DNA from: Actinomycetota bacterium | GTDB taxonomy: Bacteria > Actinomycetota > CADDZG01 > JAHWKV01 | Length of the DNA stretch: 64,000 nt | Direction: 5' to 3' | Assembly (NCBI GenBank): GCA_051005875.1 | Contig: JBPCIX010000054.1 | Location: forward strand, 2,825 to 66,824 | Part shown: positions 42,484 through 50,895 of the stretch, piece by piece | Position numbering within the stretch: position 1 is the first letter of the stretch | Layout of the letters: every line of letters starts with the position of its first letter | Position numbers and translations under genes: made by a program | Notes under the pieces: generated by a model | The model's input: only the letters and a program-made list of their open reading frames with translations | Database searches by the model: none | What the model was told of the DNA's origin: nothing

Positions 42484-43958
42484 CCGCAAGGCAACACCCT
42501 TTAACCAGGCTGGCAGGGCGCTACCGGCTCGAGGAGGAAATAGCAGAAGGCGGCATGGCCACGGTATGGCTTGCAGCCGACGAAACCCTTGCCCGGCCGG
42601 TGGCGGCCAAAGTTCTTCACGACCACCTGGCGGCCGATGCTGTCTTTCGAAAGCGATTCCGCATCGAAGCGTTGTCCGCTGCGAGACTTTCTCATCCCAA
42701 CATTGTTTCAGTGTTCGACACCGGCATCCATGAGGACAGACCCTTCATTGTCATGGAACATCTTTCCGGCGGAACACTCAAGGATCTGGTCAACCAGAGC
42801 GGAACCCTAGATCCCGAGCGAGCCGCATTAATCGGGGCGGAGGTCTGCAAGGCTCTCCAGTACGCGCACAGCTCCGGGATAGTCCACCGCGACATCAAGC
42901 CCGCCAACATTCTTTTTTCTGAGTCGGGCCTGGTCAAGGTCGGCGATTTCGGCATCGCAAAAGCCGCCTTTTTTCCGAACGATCTCACCGATACCGGAGC
43001 GGTCCTGGGAACCGTTCGGTATTTGGCCCCCGAGCAGGTAGAGGGCCTTGAGCCCGACGGTCGGGCCGATATCTATTCGCTGGCGATTGTTCTTTATGAA
43101 GCCATCACCGGCAGCGCGCCTTTTACCGGCGACAACGATCTGGCCACTGCCACCGCACGCGTTGGGAAACTCGCCAGGCCTCCACGCGATTTCGTCCCCT
43201 CTGTCTCAAAGGGTCTTGATGCCGCGATCATGAAGGCAATGGACCCCAACCGCGACGTCCGGTTCGCCGATGCCGCCTCGTTTGGGCAAGCTTTGCTTCA
43301 AGCCGCCGGGCAAAGCGACTCAACGTTTGGCCCAACAACACAGGTGCGAGTGCCGCCTAAGAGCAAAGCAGAACCCAGTTCATTTGTAAGCGCGGAATTC
43401 AGGTGGCTGGTCCCTACCTTGCTTATCGTCCTGCTTGCAGTCGGATTGGTACTCGGCGTCCCGGCTCTTAGAAATCGTGTTGGGGGCGTAATTTCTAAGG
43501 GGGCGCCAAAGGAGCCCGCAGCAGTGCGCATTGTGGGAGGGTCCAGCTACGACCCACCACCGGGCGACGGAACGGAAAATGACGGACAGGTTCCGCTGGC
43601 CTTCGACGGCAAGCCCACCACATGGTGGGCTACGGTCGGATACCGCACCGAGCAGTTCGGCGGATTAAAGAAGGGCGTCGGAATCTACTTCGACCTTGGC
43701 GCCCCGAGTCCCCTTCGGCGCGTAACGGTCGAATCCGTTACTGGGGGCTGGTCGGGGACCATGCGTTTCTCGGATGATGGCCGGAACTGGAGTCCGATCG
43801 GCCGATCGGAACAAGTTGCAGGCAAGCACACCTTCGAGACGCAAGGAAACCACCAGTACTGGATGGTCTGGGCAACAAGCCTGGTCCGAACGCCGGGAGA
43901 GGGCAGCTCAAGAAATCCATACTCGGTTGCAATCAAAGAGATCACTCCGGCCGGCTGA
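42480..43958 (+). CDS. Ser/Thr protein kinase, single-pass, with extracellular discoidin/carbohydrate-binding-like domain (MviN C-terminal-module-like)
   Basis: Kinase motifs are intact: EGGMATVW, VAAKVL, HRDIKPANIL, DFGIA and LAPEQ. The TM helix is WLVPTLLIVLLAVGLVLGV. The ectodomain reads FDGKPTTWWAT..GVGIYFDLG....RFSDDGRNW. Confidence 0.85.
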   Translation: MTARQHPLTRLAGRYRLEEEIAEGGMATVWLAADETLARPVAAKVLHDHLAADAVFRKRFRIEALSAARLSHPNIVSVFDTGIHEDRPFIVMEHLSGGTLKDLVNQSGTLDPERAALIGAEVCKALQYAHSSGIVHRDIKPANILFSESGLVKVGDFGIAKAAFFPNDLTDTGAVLGTVRYLAPEQVEGLEPDGRADIYSLAIVLYEAITGSAPFTGDNDLATATARVGKLARPPRDFVPSVSKGLDAAIMKAMDPNRDVRFADAASFGQALLQAAGQSDSTFGPTTQVRVPPKSKAEPSSFVSAEFRWLVPTLLIVLLAVGLVLGVPALRNRVGGVISKGAPKEPAAVRIVGGSSYDPPPGDGTENDGQVPLAFDGKPTTWWATVGYRTEQFGGLKKGVGIYFDLGAPSPLRRVTVESVTGGWSGTMRFSDDGRNWSPIGRSEQVAGKHTFETQGNHQYWMVWATSLVRTPGEGSSRNPYSVAIKEITPAG

Positions 43959-44617
43959 TGGGCCGCCGATTTGCCGACTTAGATTCTAAAAGCGACGAGG
44001 CCCTGGTTAGGGCCTTTGTCGATTCGGGGGACGAGGACGCCCTGGAAGTGCTGTTGCAACGCCATGAGGCAAAGGTGTTGAGTCTCGCGTACCGAATAAT
44101 GGGAAACAGAGCCGATGCGCTCGACGCCACGCAGGAGGTCTTTTTGACGGTATTCCGACGGGCCGGGTCTTTCCAACATCGTTCGTCGTTTAGCACCTGG
44201 CTCTACCGCTTAACTACCAATGCCTGCTACGACTTGGGCCGCAGTCGCAGCCGCGCGCCGGTACCCAGTGTTGCCGTCGAGTCCGCCGCGGCGGGCCACG
44301 GTGAATCCTTAGACGAACAGATTGATATTCATCGCGCCCTTCAACGACTCGCCCCCGAGCAGCGCGCTGCCGTTGTCATGCGGGACCTCTACCAGATGCC
44401 CTATTCGGAGATCTCCGAAGTCGCCGGCGTGGCTGAGGGTACGGTAAAAAGCCGGATCGCCCGCGGACGCCTGCATCTTTCCGAGGTGCTGGGTCCAAAG
44501 GGCTACGGCAGGAATCCGTCTGAACAGGAACCGCCGAGGTCCGGTGGACGTCTTAGTAGTGAAGCCACCCCTTTGGCGAGCGCCGATGAGGCGCCGGAGG
44601 TTGAGGACAACAGATGA
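43958..44617 (+). CDS. ECF-type RNA polymerase sigma factor (SigM position)
   Basis: Reads LLQRHEAKVLSLAYRIMGNRADALDATQEVFLTVFR...FSTWLYRLTTNACYD...PYSEISEVAGVAEGTVKSRIARGR. Confidence 0.85.
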   Translation: MGRRFADLDSKSDEALVRAFVDSGDEDALEVLLQRHEAKVLSLAYRIMGNRADALDATQEVFLTVFRRAGSFQHRSSFSTWLYRLTTNACYDLGRSRSRAPVPSVAVESAAAGHGESLDEQIDIHRALQRLAPEQRAAVVMRDLYQMPYSEISEVAGVAEGTVKSRIARGRLHLSEVLGPKGYGRNPSEQEPPRSGGRLSSEATPLASADEAPEVEDNR

Positions 44618-45594
44618 ACGACCACATAGATCTCGAATCGCTGAGCGCCCTGCTGGACGGCGAACTGGATGCTCGCGAACGGCGAGCGATCGCTCAGCAC
44701 CTAGAGGGCTGCTCCGAATGCTCCGACCAACTTCAATCCATAAAAGCAGTAGCCGGGCAATTGGAAGCTTTACCCGATCTGGAAGCGACCGAGCTAGAGC
44801 ATCAGCGGCTCGTCCGGGCGGCCGTCGAGTGGCGCCGGGGGGGCCGTGACGGAAAGGCCGGGGGGGCCGTGACGGAAAGGCCGGGGGCCCGGACCAGGCC
44901 TGCACCGTTCAGACGCTGGCTGGCGCCGGGCCTGGTGGCGGCGCTCTTAGTGGGATTCGGCCTGATTCCAATACTGCGAAACTCCGACCCCACCCCCGGC
45001 CGCCCCGAAGTTCAGGCCGCAGGCTCACCGTTGAAACTGGCGTCCGGACGCGATATTCGCCGCGTCGTCGGGGCTTTGCCCGTGGTGTCGGATCAGGTGG
45101 GCAAATACAGCGTCAGCGCAGCGACCAAGGCCGGACGCAATGCGGGGGTTTCGGAAACGTCGCCCGGCAGGCCGGAAAGCTCGGCCGATGACGCGGCGGG
45201 TCAGGATTCGGCAGCCGGCTCGAAAACGCTGGAGAGCGGGCAGCAGGCTGCCCCGGCCCTGGCGCCGGACACCGATGCAGAAGGCTTCATCGCCCCGCCT
45301 TCTGGCCAGACTGGCCAGACGTTCGAACCCAAGTTCTCGAAGAGCGCCGGAGAATCTTGTTTGGGCAAGGTCGCTGCGACCCAGGGCTCCACCCTTGTTG
45401 CTTTGTTGGCCCAAAAGGCCGACTACCAGGGCAAGCCCGCCTGGATGTTGGCCTTCGCCTGGACCCCATCCAAAAACCCCGAAGCCAAGCTCGACCGTGT
45501 GCAAGTGTGGATCTTTGCTCCCGAAGACTGCGCAACCCTGGCGGGGCCTGCCCTAATTAACCGAGTACTCAACTACTCGTCGTTCACAATCTAA
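44614..45594 (+). CDS. anti-sigma factor (zf-HC2), single-pass membrane protein
   Basis: ATGA overlap with the sigma gene. The N-terminus reads LSALLDGELDARERRAIAQHLEGCSECSDQL. The TM helix is WLAPGLVAALLVGFGLIPIL. Confidence 0.72.
   Translation: MNDHIDLESLSALLDGELDARERRAIAQHLEGCSECSDQLQSIKAVAGQLEALPDLEATELEHQRLVRAAVEWRRGGRDGKAGGAVTERPGARTRPAPFRRWLAPGLVAALLVGFGLIPILRNSDPTPGRPEVQAAGSPLKLASGRDIRRVVGALPVVSDQVGKYSVSAATKAGRNAGVSETSPGRPESSADDAAGQDSAAGSKTLESGQQAAPALAPDTDAEGFIAPPSGQTGQTFEPKFSKSAGESCLGKVAATQGSTLVALLAQKADYQGKPAWMLAFAWTPSKNPEAKLDRVQVWIFAPEDCATLAGPALINRVLNYSSFTI
44837..44882. repeat. perfect 23-bp tandem duplication (GGGGGGGCCGTGACGGAAAGGCC x2) followed by G5
   Basis: Copies lie at 44837..44859 and 44860..44882, each beginning with a G7 run. 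They sit inside the anti-sigma CDS, between the zf-HC2 domain and the TM helix. Confidence 0.92.
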
Positions 45595-45614
45595 GACGTC
45601 ATTACCGGTGTGAT

Positions 45615-46106
45615 TTACCTTCCGGCGCGAAAAGCTGCGAACCCTGATGCGATTAGAGTCGAAACAATAAACCGCCCGTTCACCAGGCCCTGAACCGGAA
45701 AGCCGGCCAAAAGGGATCCGGTCACGAGGCCCAGTGCTGTGGCGACCGCTGCAGTTGCCTGGATGCCGGAGTGGCGCAGGTTCGACGCCGCTCGAACAAC
45801 CACGGAGCCGACTGCATAGCCAATAAGGGCGGACCCAAGGAAACCGAAGGATCCAATTCTCAGACGGATGAGAATCGCAGCCGCCACGGCCGCTACCGCA
45901 AACCCGGCCCCGCCCCCGGCCAGGTAGTGGCGGGGCCTGCCGATCATCCTGGCCCTCAGAGGTGGCCGAGAGCAAAAGGGACATTTCATCCCAACGGAGC
46001 TTTCGCGCATGCACTTCAAACAGATCGGGGAGTCACATGCCGAACATCTCAGCCTGGTTGAACGCTTGGGGTGATTGACACAGACAAAATCGAGATCGTC
46101 CGCCAC
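45615..46106 (-). CDS. membrane protein with N-terminal B-box/zinc-ribbon-like Cys cluster
   Basis: 163 aa. CVNHPKRSTRLRCSACDSPICLKCMRESSVGMKCPFCS is followed by 3-4 TM segments. Confidence 0.5.
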   Translation of the reverse strand: MADDLDFVCVNHPKRSTRLRCSACDSPICLKCMRESSVGMKCPFCSRPPLRARMIGRPRHYLAGGGAGFAVAAVAAAILIRLRIGSFGFLGSALIGYAVGSVVVRAASNLRHSGIQATAAVATALGLVTGSLLAGFPVQGLVNGRFIVSTLIASGFAAFRAGR

Positions 46107-46210
46107 ACAAATACATTAACTGTTAGCAGGAGTTATTTCGGGGCCACGATCTGGCCGGGAAGGATATTTCGGGGTCTGTGGTTATCCTTGAGATCATGGA
46201 CAGGACGATC

Positions 46211-47173
46211 ATGGACAACCACCACAAGATTGCGATCATTGGATCCGGGCCTGCCGGACTTACGGCCGCCCTTTATTCAGCACGGGCTGACCTGGCCCCC
46301 TTAGTAATCGAGGGATTCGAGGCCGGAGGTCAGCTGATGCTGACAAGTGAGGTTGAAAACTTTCCTGGCTTCGTCGACGGAATCATGGGCCCCGCATTGA
46401 TGGACACTATGCGAAAGCAAGCTGAGCGGTTCGGCACCACCTACCTAACCGACGACGTTTCCGAGGTCGACTTTTCGGAGCGCCCCTTCAAAATACACGT
46501 GGGCAAACAAGTTCACCTCGCCGAAGCTGTGATTATCTCGACGGGCGCTTCGGCCAAGATGCTTGGTCTTCCCAACGAGAAGCGGCTGCTGGGACGCGGC
46601 GTATCGACCTGCGCGACGTGCGATGGCGCCTTCTTTAAGAACCAGGAGCTGGTGGTTGTAGGCGGCGGAGACTCTGCGGTCGAAGAGGCCATCTTCTTAA
46701 CCCGTTTTGCCAGCAAGGTCACTCTCGTACACCGGCGATCTCAACTAAGAGCCTCGAAAATAATGCAAGACCGCGCTCTCGCCCATCCTAAGATGTCATT
46801 CGTTTGGAATTCCGGGGTCGACGACATCTTGGGCGACGACCGGGTGACCGGTGTGCTTCTATCAGACACCGAGACCGGCGCCAAGAATCAATTGCCCTCC
46901 GGAGGCGTTTTTGTGGCAATTGGCCATTTACCGAACACCAAGCTGTTTACCGGCAAACTCGAGGTCGATCCCGCGGGATACTTAGTCACCGGCACAGATT
47001 TAAAATCTGATCCCCAGCCGGACTCCCCGGCCCAGACGCGTACCAGTGTAAGCGGGGTCTTTGCGGCGGGCGATGTTGTGGACCATACCTATCGTCAGGC
47101 TATTACCGCCGCTGGAATGGGCTGCATGGCGGCAATTGACGCCGAGAGGTGGCTGGAGGACCAGGGGCACTAG
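46211..47173 (+). CDS. trxB: thioredoxin-disulfide reductase
   Basis: Contains IAIIGSGPAGLTAALY, the CATCDG redox centre, VVGGGDSAVEEA and FAAGDV. The start is taken at MDNHHK; the ORF opens at 46178. Confidence 0.92.
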   Translation: MDNHHKIAIIGSGPAGLTAALYSARADLAPLVIEGFEAGGQLMLTSEVENFPGFVDGIMGPALMDTMRKQAERFGTTYLTDDVSEVDFSERPFKIHVGKQVHLAEAVIISTGASAKMLGLPNEKRLLGRGVSTCATCDGAFFKNQELVVVGGGDSAVEEAIFLTRFASKVTLVHRRSQLRASKIMQDRALAHPKMSFVWNSGVDDILGDDRVTGVLLSDTETGAKNQLPSGGVFVAIGHLPNTKLFTGKLEVDPAGYLVTGTDLKSDPQPDSPAQTRTSVSGVFAAGDVVDHTYRQAITAAGMGCMAAIDAERWLEDQGH

Positions 47174-47317
47174 ACTCACAGCCCTGCCTGTATGATGGGA
47201 ATACAGGAACCCGGGCGGGTGTTATACCAAGAGACAACACAGCTATTCTTCATCGCTTCCCGGTATTCGAATAGCTTTACTGCTAAGGAGGGAAGGGCCG
47301 ATTGGCCCGGAAATATT

Positions 47318-47638
47318 ATGGAACTAACCCACGCAACCGATTCGACTTTTGATTCAGAAGTGCTCGATTCAGACCGCCCGGTCTTGGTCGACTTTTGGGC
47401 GGACTGGTGTCAGCCCTGCAAGATGGTAGAGCCGCATTTGAAGGCAATCGCCGAGGAAATGCCCGACAAAATACGAGTGGTCAAGGTAAACCTTGATGAC
47501 AGCCCTGGGGTAGCCGGCCGGTTTGGAGTCCTTTCCATTCCCACTATGGTCCTTTTCAATGACGGCGTTGAAAAGACTCGACTGGTAGGCGCCCGCCCCA
47601 AGGAAGCAATCGTTTCGGAAATCGAGCAGTATCTCTAG
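47318..47638 (+). CDS. trxA: thioredoxin (active site WCQPC)
   Basis: MELTHATDSTFDSEVLDSDRPVLVDFWADWCQPCKMVEPHL...VKVNLDDSPGVAGRFGVLSIPTMVLF. The ORF-track N-terminal 42 aa are rejected. Confidence 0.9.
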   Translation: MELTHATDSTFDSEVLDSDRPVLVDFWADWCQPCKMVEPHLKAIAEEMPDKIRVVKVNLDDSPGVAGRFGVLSIPTMVLFNDGVEKTRLVGARPKEAIVSEIEQYL

Positions 47639-47677
47639 TCACACTACTCACGCCGCTCGGCCGGCGTTGGTAAGCGG

Positions 47678-47714
47678 AGGCCGGTAGCCCACTAAGAGCG
47701 GCCTTTTTGGTTTT
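47678..47714 (+). terminator. possible intrinsic terminator after trxA
   Basis: The stem AGGCCG (47678..47683) pairs with CGGCCT (47699..47704) and is followed by TTTTTGGTTTT. The loop is long (15 nt), so the call is weak. Confidence 0.35.
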
Positions 47715-47745
47715 GGCGCCAGCCTGACATTAAGCTCTGTCTTAT

Positions 47746-48834
47746 ATGGAGCTTATCCGGCGCAATCAACGATCCGCAGAAGTGGCCGACATCCAGGCTC
47801 GTTTAGCGCGTATGGACTTCGAAATCGCCGAATCCGAGCGCGGGGGCCTGTTCGGTCCAACAACCGAAGCCGCCGTTAAGGCTCTTCAACAGAGTCGCGG
47901 CCTGCACGTGGACGGCCTCGTGGGCGAAGCCACCTGGCGAGAGCTGGTCGAAAGCTCCTGGACTCTGGGCGACAGGCCGCTTAACTTGAGCAACCCCAAT
48001 CTACGAGGCGACGACGTTCGGGATCTCCAAACGAGCCTTAACGCCCTGGGCTTCAAGTCCGGCAAGCACGACGGCATTTTCGGCCTGCGAACTGAAGCTG
48101 CCCTCAAGGAGTTTCAGCAAAACTTAGCTATCGGCGAAGATGGCATCTGCGGCTTAGAGACCATCGGGGCGCTCCGAAGGCTCCGGCTCGTGATCAAGCC
48201 CGGCCTTGGCCCAAGAGTCATCGAGCGCGAGGCCCGAAAGGCTCACCCTCCCGGTTTGTCGGGCAAGCGCATCGCGATCGACCCCGGCCACGGAGGTGAA
48301 GATCCAGGCGAGACAGCCGCTAACGGAGAATCCGAAGCCGAGCTGACCTTTAGAATCGCGGCAAGGACTTCGGTTTTGCTGGAATCCAGCGGCGCTGTAG
48401 CGATCCTCACCCGTGGGCCGAATGACGGACCTTCCGATTCAGAGCGCGCTGCGCTAGCCAATGAGTTCGCTGCGCAGCTCTTGGTCAGTATCCACTTGAA
48501 TGCCCACCCCAAGCAGGTAGCCGGGGGCGCCGCCACGTACTTCTTCCAGCATGGATCCATAGCGTCCGAGTCGGGTGAGCATCTGGCGGGCCTGATGCAA
48601 TGCGCTTTCGTCGACCTGGGCCGGCTGGACTGCCGATCGCACGGCAAGGCTTATCCGATACTCCGGGAAACCGTAATGCCCGCAGTAGTGGTAGAACCTG
48701 GCTTTATTACGAATCCGGCCGAGCTATCCTTTCTCACCGAGACCAGTGCTGTCGAGCGCCTGGCCGAGGCTATGGTGCTGGCGTTGGAGAACTACTTCGA
48801 AAGCGACTCCCCGGCAGAGGCAACCGGCGCTTAA
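47746..48834 (+). CDS. cwlM: CwlM-type N-acetylmuramoyl-L-alanine amidase homologue (two PG-binding domains + amidase_3)
   Basis: Two peptidoglycan-binding-1 repeats are present (LQQSRGLHVDGLVGEATWREL and FQQNLAIGEDGICGLETIGAL). The amidase domain has IAIDPGHGGEDPG and SIHLNA. Confidence 0.85.
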   Translation: MELIRRNQRSAEVADIQARLARMDFEIAESERGGLFGPTTEAAVKALQQSRGLHVDGLVGEATWRELVESSWTLGDRPLNLSNPNLRGDDVRDLQTSLNALGFKSGKHDGIFGLRTEAALKEFQQNLAIGEDGICGLETIGALRRLRLVIKPGLGPRVIEREARKAHPPGLSGKRIAIDPGHGGEDPGETAANGESEAELTFRIAARTSVLLESSGAVAILTRGPNDGPSDSERAALANEFAAQLLVSIHLNAHPKQVAGGAATYFFQHGSIASESGEHLAGLMQCAFVDLGRLDCRSHGKAYPILRETVMPAVVVEPGFITNPAELSFLTETSAVERLAEAMVLALENYFESDSPAEATGA

Positions 48835-49712
48835 GGCTCGACCGAAGCCCCGTAAGAGCCCGATTCCTCGCCTGCAATGGCGGTTAACAGCCTGTCCAGG
48901 TCCTCCAAGGACCCGAATTCAATGATTATTTTGCCCTTGCCCTTACCTTTGGCCACCTTTACGCGGGTTTGCAGAGCCTCGCCCAGCCGTTCGGCCGCTT
49001 CGAGAAGTTGGGCGTTGCCCGGCGGGGGGGCCTTGGCCGGCCTGCCGGGTAACTCCGATTCGCTTGCCTGCCTTCGGACCAGTTCCTCGGTTTGTCTCAC
49101 CGAAAGGCCCGATCCGGCAACTTTTTGGGCAATTCTCTCGAGCAAGGGGTGACCGGTTAAACCGAGCAGACTTCTCGCATGCCCGGCGCTCAACTTGCCC
49201 TGGATTACAAGTTTTTGGATTGAGTCCGGCAGCTCCAACAAACGGATGGCATTGCTGATGGAAGGCCTGGAAAGGCCAACGCGCTCAGCCAGCTGATCGT
49301 GGGTAAGCCCAGCTTCGTCAAGAAGCTGACGGTACGAGGCCGCCTCTTCAATCGGGTTCAGATCCTCCCGGTGTATGTTCTCGACCAGAGCTCTTTCAAG
49401 GGCGCCCCGGTCGTCCGTCTCGATCACAAGCGCCGGGATGTTCGCGAGCCCGGCACGCTGTGAAGCCCGCCAGCGTCTTTCCCCCATTACCAATTCGAAT
49501 GTACCCGTCTCGTTTCTTCTGACTACCACCGGCTGGAGCAAACCGAGCCGCCTTATCGAGGCCGCCAAGGTCGCCAGGGCCTCTTCGTCGAAATGGCGGC
49601 GTGGCTGCTTCGGATTGGGGACGATGTCGGACGCTGGAATTTCCTGCAGGGCTCTGGCGCCGGAAGGTATAAGCGCCCCCAGGCCTTTACCCAGGCCCCC
49701 TCGTACTGTCAC
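48831..49712 (-). CDS. parB: chromosome partitioning protein ParB
   Basis: (M)TVRGGLGKGLGALIP...IVPNPKQPRRHFDEEAL..LLQPVVVR...GERRWRA. The preferred start is the GTG at 49712, 16 nt after the parA stop. An alternative ATG lies at 49790. The 448-aa ORF-track version is rejected. Confidence 0.82.
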   Translation of the reverse strand: MTVRGGLGKGLGALIPSGARALQEIPASDIVPNPKQPRRHFDEEALATLAASIRRLGLLQPVVVRRNETGTFELVMGERRWRASQRAGLANIPALVIETDDRGALERALVENIHREDLNPIEEAASYRQLLDEAGLTHDQLAERVGLSRPSISNAIRLLELPDSIQKLVIQGKLSAGHARSLLGLTGHPLLERIAQKVAGSGLSVRQTEELVRRQASESELPGRPAKAPPPGNAQLLEAAERLGEALQTRVKVAKGKGKGKIIIEFGSLEDLDRLLTAIAGEESGSYGASVEP

Positions 49713-49728
49713 TGGTTTCGTCGGGCTA

Positions 49729-50889
49729 TCACTGGGTTCCTCCTGTGTGGGTTGCTCGCAGGCTTTCAGGCGGGCCGGCCGGGTCCGCATCGATTGGATC
49801 CCGGTCCTGGCTCTCGGTGTCTGCGACGGTCGTGGGTATCTCCGGCTCAGCCGAAACGTTTTCAGCCGGGGGCTCTCCAATTGAGGCAGCCGAGGGGTCA
49901 ACGATGGGCGCTGGCTGGCCGAGAGGTTCCTCGTCCTTCTCGGCGGGCTCGGGACCCGCCGCGTCGGGTAGACCCGGTTCGTCTTGTCCGGCTGGACCGG
50001 GATGTTCTGCCGGGTCCGGCCCCCCGACTTGGGGGGCAGGCCCGGCATCCTCGACCTGGGGGGCATGGAAAAGGGTTCCGTCCTCTCCCGCCTGCATCCC
50101 TTGAACTTCTCGGGCCAGGGCCTCATAAGCCAGCGAACCTTGGGACTTTGGATCATAAAGGGCAACCGGCTGTCCAAACGATGGCGCCTCTGACAGCCTC
50201 ACGTTCCGGGGGATCACGGACCGGAAGACTCTCCCCGGAAAATGCCCCCTCACTTCTGCAGCGACCTGCTCGGCCAACTTCGTCCTGGCATCGTACATTG
50301 TGAGCACGATGCCACAAAGCATCAAGTCTGGATTGAGACTTGACTGTACAAGATTGACATTTGTTAGCAATTGCCCAAGTCCTTCCAGGGCGTAGAATTC
50401 ACACTGGATCGGTACCAGTACCTCATCGGCTGCAGCAAGTGCGTTCACAGTGAGTAACCCGAGCGAGGGCGGGCAGTCGATAAATACATAATCAAAATCA
50501 GCGAGTGCGGGCTGCAGGCCCCTTTTTAGCTTAAGTTCCCTCGAAAAAGAGGCCACAAGCTCAATTTCAGCGCCGGCGAGGTCAATCGTAGAGGGAACGC
50601 AGTATAAATTTCTAACCGCGGTTGCCTCAACGGCGTCTTCCACAGCCTGCTCTTCTACAAGCATCTTGTAGATATTTCCAGATGTAGTCCTGGGATCAAT
50701 GCCTACGCCGGTAGTAGCGTTCGCCTGAGGGTCCAGATCTACTATGAGCACCTTCCTGCCTTGCATTGCCAACCAGGCACCCAGATTGACCACAGTGGTG
50801 CTCTTGCCTACTCCTCCTTTTTGATTAGCAACGGCTATAACCCGCGTTCCAGAAGGGCTGGATTCCAATCCCTGCGGCTCAGTACTCAT
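49729..50889 (-). CDS. parA: chromosome partitioning ATPase ParA/Soj with an acidic Pro-rich C-terminal extension of about 125 aa
   Basis: Contains the deviant Walker A VANQKGGVGKSTT and IDCPPSLG. After LAYEALAREV the frame stays open for about 125 more codons (PQVEDAGPAPQ...DPIDADPAGPPE). Confidence 0.88.
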   Translation of the reverse strand: MSTEPQGLESSPSGTRVIAVANQKGGVGKSTTVVNLGAWLAMQGRKVLIVDLDPQANATTGVGIDPRTTSGNIYKMLVEEQAVEDAVEATAVRNLYCVPSTIDLAGAEIELVASFSRELKLKRGLQPALADFDYVFIDCPPSLGLLTVNALAAADEVLVPIQCEFYALEGLGQLLTNVNLVQSSLNPDLMLCGIVLTMYDARTKLAEQVAAEVRGHFPGRVFRSVIPRNVRLSEAPSFGQPVALYDPKSQGSLAYEALAREVQGMQAGEDGTLFHAPQVEDAGPAPQVGGPDPAEHPGPAGQDEPGLPDAAGPEPAEKDEEPLGQPAPIVDPSAASIGEPPAENVSAEPEIPTTVADTESQDRDPIDADPAGPPESLRATHTGGTQ

Positions 50890-50895
50890 CGAAAG

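Noticed and set aside
47205-47225. Perfect hairpin CCTGTAT-gatggga-ATACAGG between trxB and trxA
   Set aside because: No U-run follows it. The function (processing site or attenuator) cannot be supported from sequence alone.
49713-50177. Long N-terminal extension of ParB (448-aa version)
   Set aside because: It overlaps the parA frame for about 450 nt and reads as basic, Pro/Arg/Ser-rich off-frame sequence. The ParB consensus N-terminus (GGLGKGLGALI) begins right after the GTG at 49712. The ATG at 49790 remains a possible start.
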